The notes beneath the pieces are model-generated. The model worked only from the letters and a program-made list of their open reading frames with translations, searched no databases and was not told the DNA's origin. 35,394 nt of DNA from sequence record SRR22947727_1447; one strand, 5' to 3'. How positions within the stretch are numbered: position 1 is the stretch's first letter; each line of letters starts with the position of its first letter. Made by a program: the position numbers and the translations under genes. Positions 1-8,737 of the stretch are shown piece after piece.

Positions 1-11
1 CAAAGCGGGTG

Positions 12-19
12 CAAATATA
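12..19 (-). promoter_or_regulatory. Bacteroidota sigma-A -7 element (TATATTTG) firing out of the left edge of the window
   Basis: Minus strand reads TATATTTG-CACCCGCTTTG, matching TAnnTTTG, with AT-rich upstream DNA. The target lies outside the window. Confidence 0.7.
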
Positions 20-168
20 GAACGAGTTTTTCGATTTAAAAGACTAAAATAAAAGTTTTTTAAATTTTTTTTTGACCCCTCATCAAAAGCTCTTAAAACC
101 AGTCATTTGCATCCTCAAAAAAAAATGAGGGAAATAAAAATAACACAAACAATCGAAGACAACAAGAA

Positions 169-849
169 TTAATTAGACTTTTTTTCAGTCTTCCATTTAT
201 TGTACAACTTAGCAAAGTCATAATTCAATGCAGACGCTTGGCGTTCCAACTTATTCTCTACAAAAGCCCTTTGAAGAATATCTTCAATGAGATAATCCTC
301 TTGAACTAGGTCTGGATAAAATCCTTCTTTTAAAGAGATGTTAAACATTCTTGCAGTTGTACTGTACCAAAAAGCGCGCCATCCAGAGCGAAGATCCTTG
401 ACTAGATCGTAAGAAGAAGATCCAGTTTGTCTGTAAATAAGTTTCACCAGTATTTGTCCCTCGGAACGTGTAAGTTTTTTTAATTCCTCTGAAAAGGAAC
501 CTTCTATATACTTTTGCATTTGCTTGGTATACTTCTTTTTCTTTCTATTGGAAGAAAGCTGTGAAATACTGTCCTGCAAGCTTGTGAGTTTCTCAGCGGC
601 CAACTTAGCATATGGGTATACTTTAATAGTCCTGCGCTTGAGCAGCAAATACCTATAAATTTCTTGGGTAGACTGAAACTTCATGTCTGCAAAAACAACT
701 ACCTCGTTTAAAGGAATAGACGAGGAAAAATAAGTGTCCCCTTCTAGCTTTACATAATCCTTAGCAGCCTGATTTTGAGTTATAGTATCTTGAGCAGAAG
801 AAATTCCGCAAAATAAGTGTGCCATTAAAATAATACAAAGCTGTTTCAT
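169..849 (-). CDS. DUF4294-like exported protein
   Basis: 226 aa with signal peptide (…GISSA/QD). Motifs KVYPYA, LKKLTRSEGQILVKLIYRQTG and GWRAFWY are typical of this Bacteroidota family. Confidence 0.8.
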   Translation of the reverse strand: MKQLCIILMAHLFCGISSAQDTITQNQAAKDYVKLEGDTYFSSSIPLNEVVVFADMKFQSTQEIYRYLLLKRRTIKVYPYAKLAAEKLTSLQDSISQLSSNRKKKKYTKQMQKYIEGSFSEELKKLTRSEGQILVKLIYRQTGSSSYDLVKDLRSGWRAFWYSTTARMFNISLKEGFYPDLVQEDYLIEDILQRAFVENKLERQASALNYDFAKLYNKWKTEKKSN

Positions 850-878
850 TCGCTTTAAAAGCTGCTTTAATTTGTTTA

Positions 879-886
879 CAAAATTA
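879..886 (-). promoter_or_regulatory. -7 promoter element TAATTTTG for the DUF4294 gene
   Basis: Exact TAnnTTTG match about 30 nt upstream of the ATG at 849. Confidence 0.6.
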
Positions 887-954
887 AGGATAAAGAACAG
901 ACAACAATGCTAAATAAAAGTGAATATTATTACATTAGCAATAAATTTAGAAAC

Positions 955-2043
955 ATGGAACACAAACCTATAATGACCGACGCTTCTCAAGCGTTTTTAG
1001 AAAAATACCTCAATAATGCAGCACCAACAGGTTACGAATGGGAGGGACAAAAGCTGTGGATGGATTATTTAAAACCATACGTAGATACTTTTATTACAGA
1101 TACTTACGGTTCTGCTGTAGGAGTCATAAACCCAGACGCCCCTTTTAAAGTGGTTATAGAGGGCCATGCAGATGAAATTTCATGGTACGTTAACTTCATC
1201 ACTGAAGAAGGACTGATCTATGTGATTAGAAACGGAGGATCTGACCATATGATTGCTCCATCCAAATGGGTAAACATCCATACAGATAAAGGTATTGTCA
1301 AAGGGGTTTTTGGCTGGCCAGCAATTCATACCAGAAAAAACGACAAAGAAGACACCCCAAAATTAGACAACATATGTATTGATATTGGAGCTAAAACCAA
1401 AAAAGAAGTATTAGAAATGGGGGTACACGTGGGTTGTGTTATTACCTATCCAGACACTTTTCAAGTACTCAACGGCAATAAATTTGTCTGTAGGGCCATA
1501 GACAATAGGGCTGGTGGTTTTATGATCGCAGAGGTAGCGCGATTGTTACACGAAAACAAAGTAAAACTTCCATTTGGATTGTATATCACAAACTCTGTTC
1601 AAGAAGAAATTGGCCTTAGAGGTGCAGAAATGATCACCCAAACCATAAAGCCAAATATTGCTATTGTCACAGATGTTTGCCACGACACCACTACCCCAAT
1701 GATCGAACAGAAAGTACAAGGTCTTACCCAGTTAGGAGACGGCCCAGTAATTTCTTATGCACCTGCAGTACAGAACAAATTAAGGGCTAGAATCATTGAG
1801 ACTGCTGAAAAAAATAATATCCCATTTCAGAGAATGGCTTCTTCTAGATCTACAGGAACCGATACAGATGCATTTGCCTATAGCAATGGAGGGGTTGCCT
1901 CAGCGCTTATATCGTTGCCTTTAAGATATATGCACACTACAGTAGAAATGGTTCAAAAAGAAGATGTTGAAAATGTGATTAGACTCATCTACGAAACACT
2001 CCTTACTATTAAATCCGGAGAGACATTTAGTTACTTTGACTAA
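955..2043 (+). CDS. M42 family metallo-aminopeptidase (FrvX/TET-like)
   Basis: Metal-ligand motifs GHADEI, RAIDNR, QEEIG, VTDV, YMHT. Start probably ATG 955 (or 973) rather than 907. Confidence 0.9.
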   Translation: MEHKPIMTDASQAFLEKYLNNAAPTGYEWEGQKLWMDYLKPYVDTFITDTYGSAVGVINPDAPFKVVIEGHADEISWYVNFITEEGLIYVIRNGGSDHMIAPSKWVNIHTDKGIVKGVFGWPAIHTRKNDKEDTPKLDNICIDIGAKTKKEVLEMGVHVGCVITYPDTFQVLNGNKFVCRAIDNRAGGFMIAEVARLLHENKVKLPFGLYITNSVQEEIGLRGAEMITQTIKPNIAIVTDVCHDTTTPMIEQKVQGLTQLGDGPVISYAPAVQNKLRARIIETAEKNNIPFQRMASSRSTGTDTDAFAYSNGGVASALISLPLRYMHTTVEMVQKEDVENVIRLIYETLLTIKSGETFSYFD

Positions 2044-2067
2044 TCACTAAAGTTCTTAAACGCCAAC

Positions 2068-2098
2068 AAAAAAGCATCCTATTAGGATGCTTTTTTTT
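2068..2098. terminator. Bidirectional intrinsic terminator between the M42 gene and hisS
   Basis: AAAAAAGCATCCT-ATT-AGGATGCTTTTTTTT: perfect stem with A and T tracts on either side. Confidence 0.9.
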
Positions 2099-2121
2099 AT
2101 TACTAAAACATATAAGGGTAT

Positions 2122-3498
2122 TTAAAAAATAGCTGCAATAGCCTCAATTTTGTCTAAAGCATACTCTTTCTGATCCCCGCTATCCATGTGCTTAAGTACC
2201 AATCTATTGTTTTCAATTTCTTGAGCCCCTAAAAGCGCCACATACTGCGCCCCTTTCTGGTGGGCGTATTTCATTTGTTTTTGAACTTTATTCGCGCTGG
2301 GATACAAGTCACAAGAAATTCCTAATTTTCTTAATTTATTGACTATTGTCATGGCTTTCAAGGATTCCGAATCCCCAAAATTTACGAAAAACACTTGTGG
2401 GCCTGCTAAAATAGCTTTTGGAAATAAGTCTAAGGCTTCTAAAACTAAATAAATACGATCTAAGCCAAAGGAAATTCCAACACCACCAACATTCTGAAGT
2501 CCAAAAATTCCAGTGAGATTGTCATACCTACCCCCTCCTCCAATGGATCCCATAGAAACACCCTCAGGAGCAGAAACTTCTATAATTGTTCCCGTATAAT
2601 AATTAAGCCCTCGGGCCAGTGTCACAGAAATAGATAAGGTACAGACAGAGAGGTTTGTTTCAGATAATGCCTTTAAAACATAAGCCATCTCCGAAACTCC
2701 TTCAAGGCCTACGGCCGATGTCGCTAAAAATGAAGAAAGAGAATCTAAAATAGCCTCATTAGTCCCTTTTAAATTAAACAAAGGAGCCGCCATATGAACC
2801 GCTTCCTGTGAAATGCCTTTGTCTAACATTTCTGCAGCTACTTTTTCAGGACCTATTTTATCTAGTTTATCCAGTGCTACTGTAAAGTCAATCAATTTGT
2901 CTGCTGCACCAATCACTTCCGCAATTCCACTCAATACTTTTCTATTGTTCAGGTGAATAACCACCCCTTGTAGACCTAAATCTGAGAAAACCGCGTCGTA
3001 TAATTGCATCAGCTCTACTTCTTGAAGTAGGGCGCTAGAACCAACAACGTCTGCGTCACACTGATAAAACTCTCTAAACCTGCCTTTTTGAGGCCTGTCG
3101 GCGCGCCAAACAGCTTGCATTTGGTAACGCTTGAAAGGAAAATCAATCTCATTTTGGTGCATGGCCACATAACGTGCAAAGGGAACGGTTAGGTCGTAAC
3201 GAAGGGCTTTTTCAGAAATCTGGGGTGTTAATTCCTTAGCATTCTTAGCGGCTATTTGCTCATCAGATACTTTAGATAAAAAATCTCCAGAATTTAAAAT
3301 TTTGAAAATTAACCTATCCCCTTCCTCTCCATATTTACCCATAAGGGTGTCATAATTTTCAAATGAAGGCGTTTCTATAGGATTAAAACCATAAAGCTCA
3401 AATTGTCGCTTTATACAAGACATAATATACTGTCTTTTATTCACTTCAATAGGAGAGAAATCTCTAGTACCTTTTGGTATTGTTGGTTTTTGGGCCAT
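2122..3498 (-). CDS. hisS: Histidine--tRNA ligase
   Basis: PKGTRDF, LRYDLTVPFAR, WRADRPQKGRFREFYQCD, LARGLNYYTG, GGGRYD, G.DRI motifs plus anticodon-binding domain. Confidence 0.98.
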   Translation of the reverse strand: MAQKPTIPKGTRDFSPIEVNKRQYIMSCIKRQFELYGFNPIETPSFENYDTLMGKYGEEGDRLIFKILNSGDFLSKVSDEQIAAKNAKELTPQISEKALRYDLTVPFARYVAMHQNEIDFPFKRYQMQAVWRADRPQKGRFREFYQCDADVVGSSALLQEVELMQLYDAVFSDLGLQGVVIHLNNRKVLSGIAEVIGAADKLIDFTVALDKLDKIGPEKVAAEMLDKGISQEAVHMAAPLFNLKGTNEAILDSLSSFLATSAVGLEGVSEMAYVLKALSETNLSVCTLSISVTLARGLNYYTGTIIEVSAPEGVSMGSIGGGGRYDNLTGIFGLQNVGGVGISFGLDRIYLVLEALDLFPKAILAGPQVFFVNFGDSESLKAMTIVNKLRKLGISCDLYPSANKVQKQMKYAHQKGAQYVALLGAQEIENNRLVLKHMDSGDQKEYALDKIEAIAAIF

Positions 3499-3542
3499 AT
3501 AAATCTAATTCTAAAAGCGTGTTATAAAACGTAAATATCGGT

Positions 3543-4013
3543 TTAATCTATAAGATTGTCAAACCACTGGTATAAATCGCCCTTAGTGATACTGGCGCCT
3601 TGTTTAATTAAATCAAACAACTCTGAATTTCTTGGGTCTTTATAGGCTTTTGCAGCAGACAAATATTCCACAAAATCTCCCTGGTAATTTTTTTTAAACC
3701 AAGCAAATCCCACTGCGGTGTTTAAATCAATATCTGGATTGAGCACTTTAACAGAAATGAGTTTTATCTCCTTTTCGAGTGCTTCAAATAAATGCATATG
3801 TTGGGCACTTATATTTTCCAAGTAAGATACTTTGTTTAGTACGCCCTCCCAGATAAGGTCACTAAAAATATCTAACTCTTCCTCTGCCGCTGCTGGTTTT
3901 TCTCGCTTTATCTCTTCCCACTCATCCGCCGAAATAGATTGGGTAGCTAAGAAATTGACAAACTCTGGTTGCAACTCTTCCAATTGCTCTTTAGTTAACC
4001 TGGTGTATTTCAT
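3543..4013 (-). CDS. Conserved Bacteroidota protein (DUF6495-like)
   Basis: MKYTRLTKEQLEELQPEFVNFLA…ELDIFSDLIWEGVL. Start set to ATG 4013 because the 4046 extension runs through a terminator. Confidence 0.75.
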   Translation of the reverse strand: MKYTRLTKEQLEELQPEFVNFLATQSISADEWEEIKREKPAAAEEELDIFSDLIWEGVLNKVSYLENISAQHMHLFEALEKEIKLISVKVLNPDIDLNTAVGFAWFKKNYQGDFVEYLSAAKAYKDPRNSELFDLIKQGASITKGDLYQWFDNLID

Positions 4014-4024
4014 TTTGCAAAAAT

Positions 4025-4056
4025 AAAAAAGGCGGTGTAAAAACACCGCCTTTTTT
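4025..4056 (-). terminator. Intrinsic terminator of rpsF-rpsR-rplI
   Basis: AAAAAA-GGCGGTGT-AAAA-ACACCGCC-TTTTTT, 20 nt after the rplI stop. Confidence 0.9.
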
Positions 4057-4076
4057 CAATTACATTTAAAAAAATG

Positions 4077-4526
4077 TTATGCTTCAGCAATTACTTCAAA
4101 AGCAATTTCTACAATAACTTCTCTATGTAAACGAACCTCAGCAGTATATGCTCCAGTACGCTTGATAGTTCCACCAGGTACTGTGATAAACTTTTTCTCA
4201 ATCGCTTGTCCTGCTTTTTCAAAAGCAGCAGCAACATCTATGTTTGAAATAGATCCGAATAATTTATCACCACCTGCAGTTTTTGCAGTAAGCTTAATCT
4301 CTAATTGTTTAAGTGCTTCTGCCAATTTACTAGCTTCTGCAACTACTTTTTTCTCTTTATGTGCTCTTTGCTTTAAATTTTCTGCCAATACTTTTTTAGC
4401 AGAAGAAGTAGCCATAGCAGCCAATCCATTAGGGATTAAATAGTTTCTACCGTATCCGTTTTTCACGTTTACAATATCATCTTTAAAACCTAAGTTCTGT
4501 ACGTCTTCTCTTAATATAAGTTCCAT
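4077..4526 (-). CDS. rplI: 50S ribosomal protein bL9
   Basis: MELIL.EDV.NLG…VKNGYGRNYLIP and KLFGSI motifs. Confidence 0.98.
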   Translation of the reverse strand: MELILREDVQNLGFKDDIVNVKNGYGRNYLIPNGLAAMATSSAKKVLAENLKQRAHKEKKVVAEASKLAEALKQLEIKLTAKTAGGDKLFGSISNIDVAAAFEKAGQAIEKKFITVPGGTIKRTGAYTAEVRLHREVIVEIAFEVIAEA

Positions 4527-4538
4527 GATGCGTTGCTT

Positions 4539-4832
4539 TTATTTTAATAAATCACCTACGTAAGGCATTAATGCAATGTGACGCGCTCTTTTTACAGCAG
4601 TAGCCACTTTACGCTGATATTTCAATGAAGTACCAGTTAATCTTCTCGGCAAAAGTTTCCCTTGCTCATTTACTAACTTCATTAAAAAATCTGGATCTTT
4701 ATAATCTACATATTTAATACCAGACTTTCTGAAACGACAATATTTCTTCTGTTTGTTGGTATCTATGTTTAACGGGGTTAAATACCTGATTTCTCCGTCT
4801 TTTTTACCTTTTGCTTGTTGTTCTATAGACAT
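4539..4832 (-). CDS. rpsR: 30S ribosomal protein bS18
   Basis: VDYKD…[15 protein letters not shown]…AVKRAR, with the Bacteroidota-type N-terminal extension. Only one Cys, so probably the zinc-free form. Confidence 0.98.
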   Translation of the reverse strand: MSIEQQAKGKKDGEIRYLTPLNIDTNKQKKYCRFRKSGIKYVDYKDPDFLMKLVNEQGKLLPRRLTGTSLKYQRKVATAVKRARHIALMPYVGDLLK

Positions 4833-4837
4833 AATAA

Positions 4838-5176
4838 TTAGGCTTTAGTTTGTAATTTAACTCTTCTACGCTCTGCCCATGAAATGGCATGCTTGTCTAA
4901 TTTTACAGTTAAGAATCGCATAATACGCTCATCTCTTCTGAACTCTTGCTCATAAGGAGTAATTACCTCTCCTGGAGCAGTGAACTCAAACAAATGGTAA
5001 AAACCACTTTTTTTGTGCTGAATAGCATAGGCTAATTTTTTTAGCCCCCAATTTTCCTTAGCGACCATTTTGGCGCCTTTACTAATTAAGAAATCCTCAA
5101 ATTTCTTAACTGTTTCCTCTATCTGAGTATCAGACAGAACGGGATTTAAAATGAAAACAGTTTCGTAATGATTCAT
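4838..5176 (-). CDS. rpsF: 30S ribosomal protein bS6
   Basis: YETVFILNP…[10 protein letters not shown]…GFY…IMRFL. Confidence 0.98.
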   Translation of the reverse strand: MNHYETVFILNPVLSDTQIEETVKKFEDFLISKGAKMVAKENWGLKKLAYAIQHKKSGFYHLFEFTAPGEVITPYEQEFRRDERIMRFLTVKLDKHAISWAERRRVKLQTKA

Positions 5177-5197
5177 ATGTTATATAATTTAAGTCTG

Positions 5198-5228
5198 CAA
5201 AAGTAAGCCTTTTTTCTGTATATGCAAA
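5198..5228 (-). promoter_or_regulatory. Canonical -33/-7 promoter of the rpsF operon
   Basis: TTTG (5225-5228) - 19 nt - TACTTTTG (5198-5205). Confidence 0.8.
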
Positions 5229-5347
5229 AAATTTAGATGCTCTAGTAAATTTAAACAGCAACAAATTCAATAATACTGTTTTTCAATCAGTTAGATATTT
5301 ATTTAGACCTACAAAGCCATTATAGCTGCACAAAACAACAGATTAAA

Positions 5348-5383
5348 TTGGTTTCACAACATAATAGGCTTGGTTCACATCAT
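5348..5383 (+). promoter_or_regulatory. Imperfect direct repeats at 22-bp spacing, putative LytTR binding site
   Basis: TTGGTTTCACAACAT (5348) and TTGGTT-CACATCAT (5370), with a weaker ATGGTTT at 5393, just upstream of the LytTR gene. Confidence 0.5.
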
Positions 5384-5446
5384 TAATCGTAAATGGTTTG
5401 AAAATTTAAATACATTTATGACAACCCCTTGAAAATCCCATTTCAT

Positions 5447-6142
5447 ATGTCAAAGCTAAAATGTGTTATTGTAGAAGATTCAGAGATTCAAAGAATCACT
5501 TTAGAAAGAATTATTAAATCTCATCCAGACCTTGTTCTAGTAACTAGTTTCAGGAATGCGATAGAGGCAAAAAACGGCATTAATAATAGGTTTGTTGACC
5601 TAGTATTTTTAGATATTGAAATGCCTTTAATTTCTGGATTTGAATTATTGGAGACCCTAAACTATAAACCCCAGGTGATTGTTGTATCTGGCAACACCGC
5701 ACACGCTCTTAAAGCATTTGAATATGACGTTACAGACTTTTTACAAAAACCTATTTTATTGACCAGATTTGATCTAGCCATAAAAAGAGCCATGCTTAAA
5801 TATGAGCAAATACACCAAAATGACGATTCTGAAAATCAAATATTCATCCGATCTAAGATGAGTAAAAAAAGAATAAATTTTGGCCAAATTAAATGGATTG
5901 AAGCCAAAGGTGATTATGTAAAAATAGTTACACTAGACAGCCATGTAATAGTGCTTTCCTCACTGAGGGCTTTTCACGAACTACTCCCTCAAGAAACCTT
6001 TATCAGGGTTCACAAGTCTTTTGTAATTAATATTGAAAAAATAGACCGATTTAACGCAAGAGAAGTTGCTATTAGTGGCTAGGTTATTCCGGTGAGCAGA
6101 GCGAAGAAAAGTTGTCTATCAGAAGCCATGAAATTTATGTAA
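5447..6142 (+). pseudogene. LytR/AlgR (REC + LytTR) response regulator interrupted by an in-frame TAG at 6080-6082
   Basis: REC motifs IVED, VFLDIEMP, AFEYDVTDFLQKP; LytTR motifs I.WIEA.GDYV, FIRVHKSFVIN. After the TAG the frame continues VIPVSRAKKSCLSEAMKFM to TAA 6140-6142. Confidence 0.8.
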
Positions 6143-6147
6143 AATAA

Positions 6148-6244
6148 CTGGTCATTTTATGCCTAATAAAGAAAACTGGTAATAAATTATTCCTATTAAG
6201 GGATGCTAGTAATAAATTACACCTATTAATGCTAGTAATAAATT
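6148..6244. repeat. Degenerate tandem repeat, 3-4 copies of 26-30 bp (core CT[A/G]GTAATAAATT…CCTATTAA)
   Basis: Copies start at 6148 (weak), 6176, 6206 and 6232. Confidence 0.7.
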
Positions 6245-6268
6245 GAGCGCTTAGCCCGTTAATGTCGG

Positions 6269-8737
6269 TTAATACGGGTCCACATTAAAGACAATTCTCA
6301 CCCCTTTAAATGGTCCTACTGCCTCAAATGACTTTTCCAACCTCAGCAAAGAATCTTTCACTTGCTTAAGTGCATATTGATGAGGTACTTTTAGGAGTAT
6401 GTGCTTAATATACTGGTTTCTAACCCGAGACACCACAGGAAATTCAGGTCCCAAAACCCCTGTTTTAAATATATTTTTTAAACCCTTGGCAAACCAATCT
6501 GCGGCATCATTCAACTTATTATATTCTTTATGCTTGAAGGTTATTTTAATGATTTTATTAAAAGGAGGGTATTTATAAATCTCTCTCTGATACAATTGCT
6601 CCTTACACATAGATTGAAATTCATAGCTAGTTACCTGCTGAAGGATTTGATGCTCTGGTTGGTAAGTCTGAATGAGCACTTTCCCTTTTTTTTCTGTCCT
6701 ACCCGCGCGTCCTGCAACCTGGGTAAGTAATTGGAAGGTCTTCTCATGCGCTCTAAAATCAGGAAAGTTTAACAACGCGTCTGCAGCCATTACACCCACC
6801 AAACCAACATCTCTAAAATCCAATCCTTTGCTCAACATTTGGGTACCTACAAGAATATCTATTTCATGTTGTTCAAAACGATCAATAATTTGTTGGTAGC
6901 CATCTTTTGCCCTTGTTGTATCTAGGTCCATTCGACCCACCCTAGCTTCAGGAAAAAGCACCTCCAAAGAAGCGACTACTTGTTCTGTTCCAAAACCTTT
7001 TGTAGACACATCTAAACTTCCACAAGCATTACATTGAGACTTTTTGTATTCTTCATAACCACAATAATGGCAACGAAGCACTCCTGCGTTAGAATGAAAG
7101 GTTAAACTCACATCACAACTTTTACAATGAGGGGTGTGCCCACAGCTAAAACATTCAACTATTGGAGCGTATCCCCTCCTATTCTGAAATAAAATCACCT
7201 GCTCTCCTGCAGACAAAGTTTCTTCAATAGCCCACCTGAGTGGCTCTGAAAACTGAAGCTTCATCTTTTTCTTTTTGTATTGTTCCTTGAGGTCTATCAA
7301 ATTAATACTAGGCATAGCAATATTTGCATGTCTTTTGGTTAATTCCGCTAAACCGTATTTGTGTTGCAATACATTTTGCATTGATTCTAAACTCGGGGTA
7401 GCGGAGCCCAATACAATAGCTGCCTTTGAAATATGTGCCAAAACAATAGCCGAATCTCTAGCATGGTATCTAGGGGCTGGATCAAACTGTTTAAATGAAT
7501 TTTCATGCTCCTCATCTACTATTACGAGACCTAATTTCTTAAACGGTAAAAAAAGTGCAGATCTAGCGCCAACAATCAATTGCGCCTTTGGGCTTTCATT
7601 GACTGTATTTTGCCAAACTTCTACACGCTCTTGCAAATTGTATTTAGAATGATACACAGAAACACTAGTGCCAAAATAGGACTGAAGCCTGGTGATAAGC
7701 TGGGTTGTCAATGCAATTTCAGGCAATAAATACAATACTTGCTTTCCACTTGAAAGCGCTTCCTGAATTAAAGCCGCGTATACTTCTGTCTTTCCAGAAG
7801 CAGTGACTCCGTGTAAAAGCGCCACTTTTCGTTCATTAAAATGAGACTTAATTGCAGCCAATGCTTTTATTTGTGGAGGATTTAAAGGTTTAATTGGTAT
7901 TGTTTTAAAATCCGGATCAAGTAAAACACGGTCTACCCTTCTTGCTGTTTTTTCCAATACACCTTTAGAAACCAATGCCTTTAATGCGGCAGGACTTAGT
8001 CCATTATTTCTAAGATCTAAGTCGGTAATCACTTTTGAATGCGATGCAGCAGCAATAAAGAAATTTACTATTTCAAGCTGTTTGGGGGCATTTTTAAGCT
8101 TTAACTCCAAAGATTCTACATGGCTAGCATCTGAAAGAAAATGCTTTGGAAAGGCGTACTCATTTCTAAATTTTGGGGTGTAACGTGCCGTGAGTTGCTC
8201 TTCAACAACAACTAATTTAAGGTTTAAAAGCACCTCAATAATATTAAAAATATTGTCATTTTGCACAAGAGTACTCAAGGTCTGAATAGGAAGTGATACG
8301 TCTGAGGACAGTGCATCCAAAACTATATAAGCATTGTCCGAAAGACCTGCTATGAGCGCATCATGATCCCTTTTCAAGATATCTGAACGCCTGAGATGTG
8401 TCTCTCCCTCTAAAATCAGTGCAGTTGGAACAGCCGTTTTATATACCTCACCTAAAGCGCACATATAATAATCTGCCATCCAAGACCAATGCTTTAATTG
8501 TATTTCAGTAACAATTGGTGTAGCATCTAAAATGGAGAGTATTCTTTTTGGTTCGTAAGTTCCTTCAAATGTATTTTCAAGGGAATAAACCAATGCGGTA
8601 TACACTTTGGATTTACCAAAGGGGACCGCAACCCTCATGCCCGGTAAAAGGAATTGATATTCCGCCTCTTCTAACTCATAGGTAAATAATTGCTTTAAAG
8701 GCAATGGAAGAATAACGGAAACAAAGTGCCTGATCAT
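6269..8737 (-). CDS. priA: Primosomal protein N' (replication restart helicase)
   Basis: GVTASGKTEVY, LPEIALT, DEEH, four CxxC zinc motifs, GTQMLSKGLDF, QVAGRAGR. Confidence 0.97.
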   Translation of the reverse strand: MIRHFVSVILPLPLKQLFTYELEEAEYQFLLPGMRVAVPFGKSKVYTALVYSLENTFEGTYEPKRILSILDATPIVTEIQLKHWSWMADYYMCALGEVYKTAVPTALILEGETHLRRSDILKRDHDALIAGLSDNAYIVLDALSSDVSLPIQTLSTLVQNDNIFNIIEVLLNLKLVVVEEQLTARYTPKFRNEYAFPKHFLSDASHVESLELKLKNAPKQLEIVNFFIAAASHSKVITDLDLRNNGLSPAALKALVSKGVLEKTARRVDRVLLDPDFKTIPIKPLNPPQIKALAAIKSHFNERKVALLHGVTASGKTEVYAALIQEALSSGKQVLYLLPEIALTTQLITRLQSYFGTSVSVYHSKYNLQERVEVWQNTVNESPKAQLIVGARSALFLPFKKLGLVIVDEEHENSFKQFDPAPRYHARDSAIVLAHISKAAIVLGSATPSLESMQNVLQHKYGLAELTKRHANIAMPSINLIDLKEQYKKKKMKLQFSEPLRWAIEETLSAGEQVILFQNRRGYAPIVECFSCGHTPHCKSCDVSLTFHSNAGVLRCHYCGYEEYKKSQCNACGSLDVSTKGFGTEQVVASLEVLFPEARVGRMDLDTTRAKDGYQQIIDRFEQHEIDILVGTQMLSKGLDFRDVGLVGVMAADALLNFPDFRAHEKTFQLLTQVAGRAGRTEKKGKVLIQTYQPEHQILQQVTSYEFQSMCKEQLYQREIYKYPPFNKIIKITFKHKEYNKLNDAADWFAKGLKNIFKTGVLGPEFPVVSRVRNQYIKHILLKVPHQYALKQVKDSLLRLEKSFEAVGPFKGVRIVFNVDPY

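Noticed and set aside
907..954. Longest-ORF starts (907, 4046, 5429, 9757, 18290, 34116)
   Set aside because: The extensions overlap promoter or terminator elements or use weak starts. Downstream ATGs match the family N-termini.
6080..6082. Genome-wide TAG reassignment or pyrrolysine
   Set aside because: TAG ends full-length serA, rdgB and purB at their expected C-termini, and no pyl genes are seen.
6148..6244. Repeats read as a mini-CRISPR array
   Set aside because: Units are nearly contiguous with no unique 30-40 nt spacers, are degenerate, and no cas genes are present.
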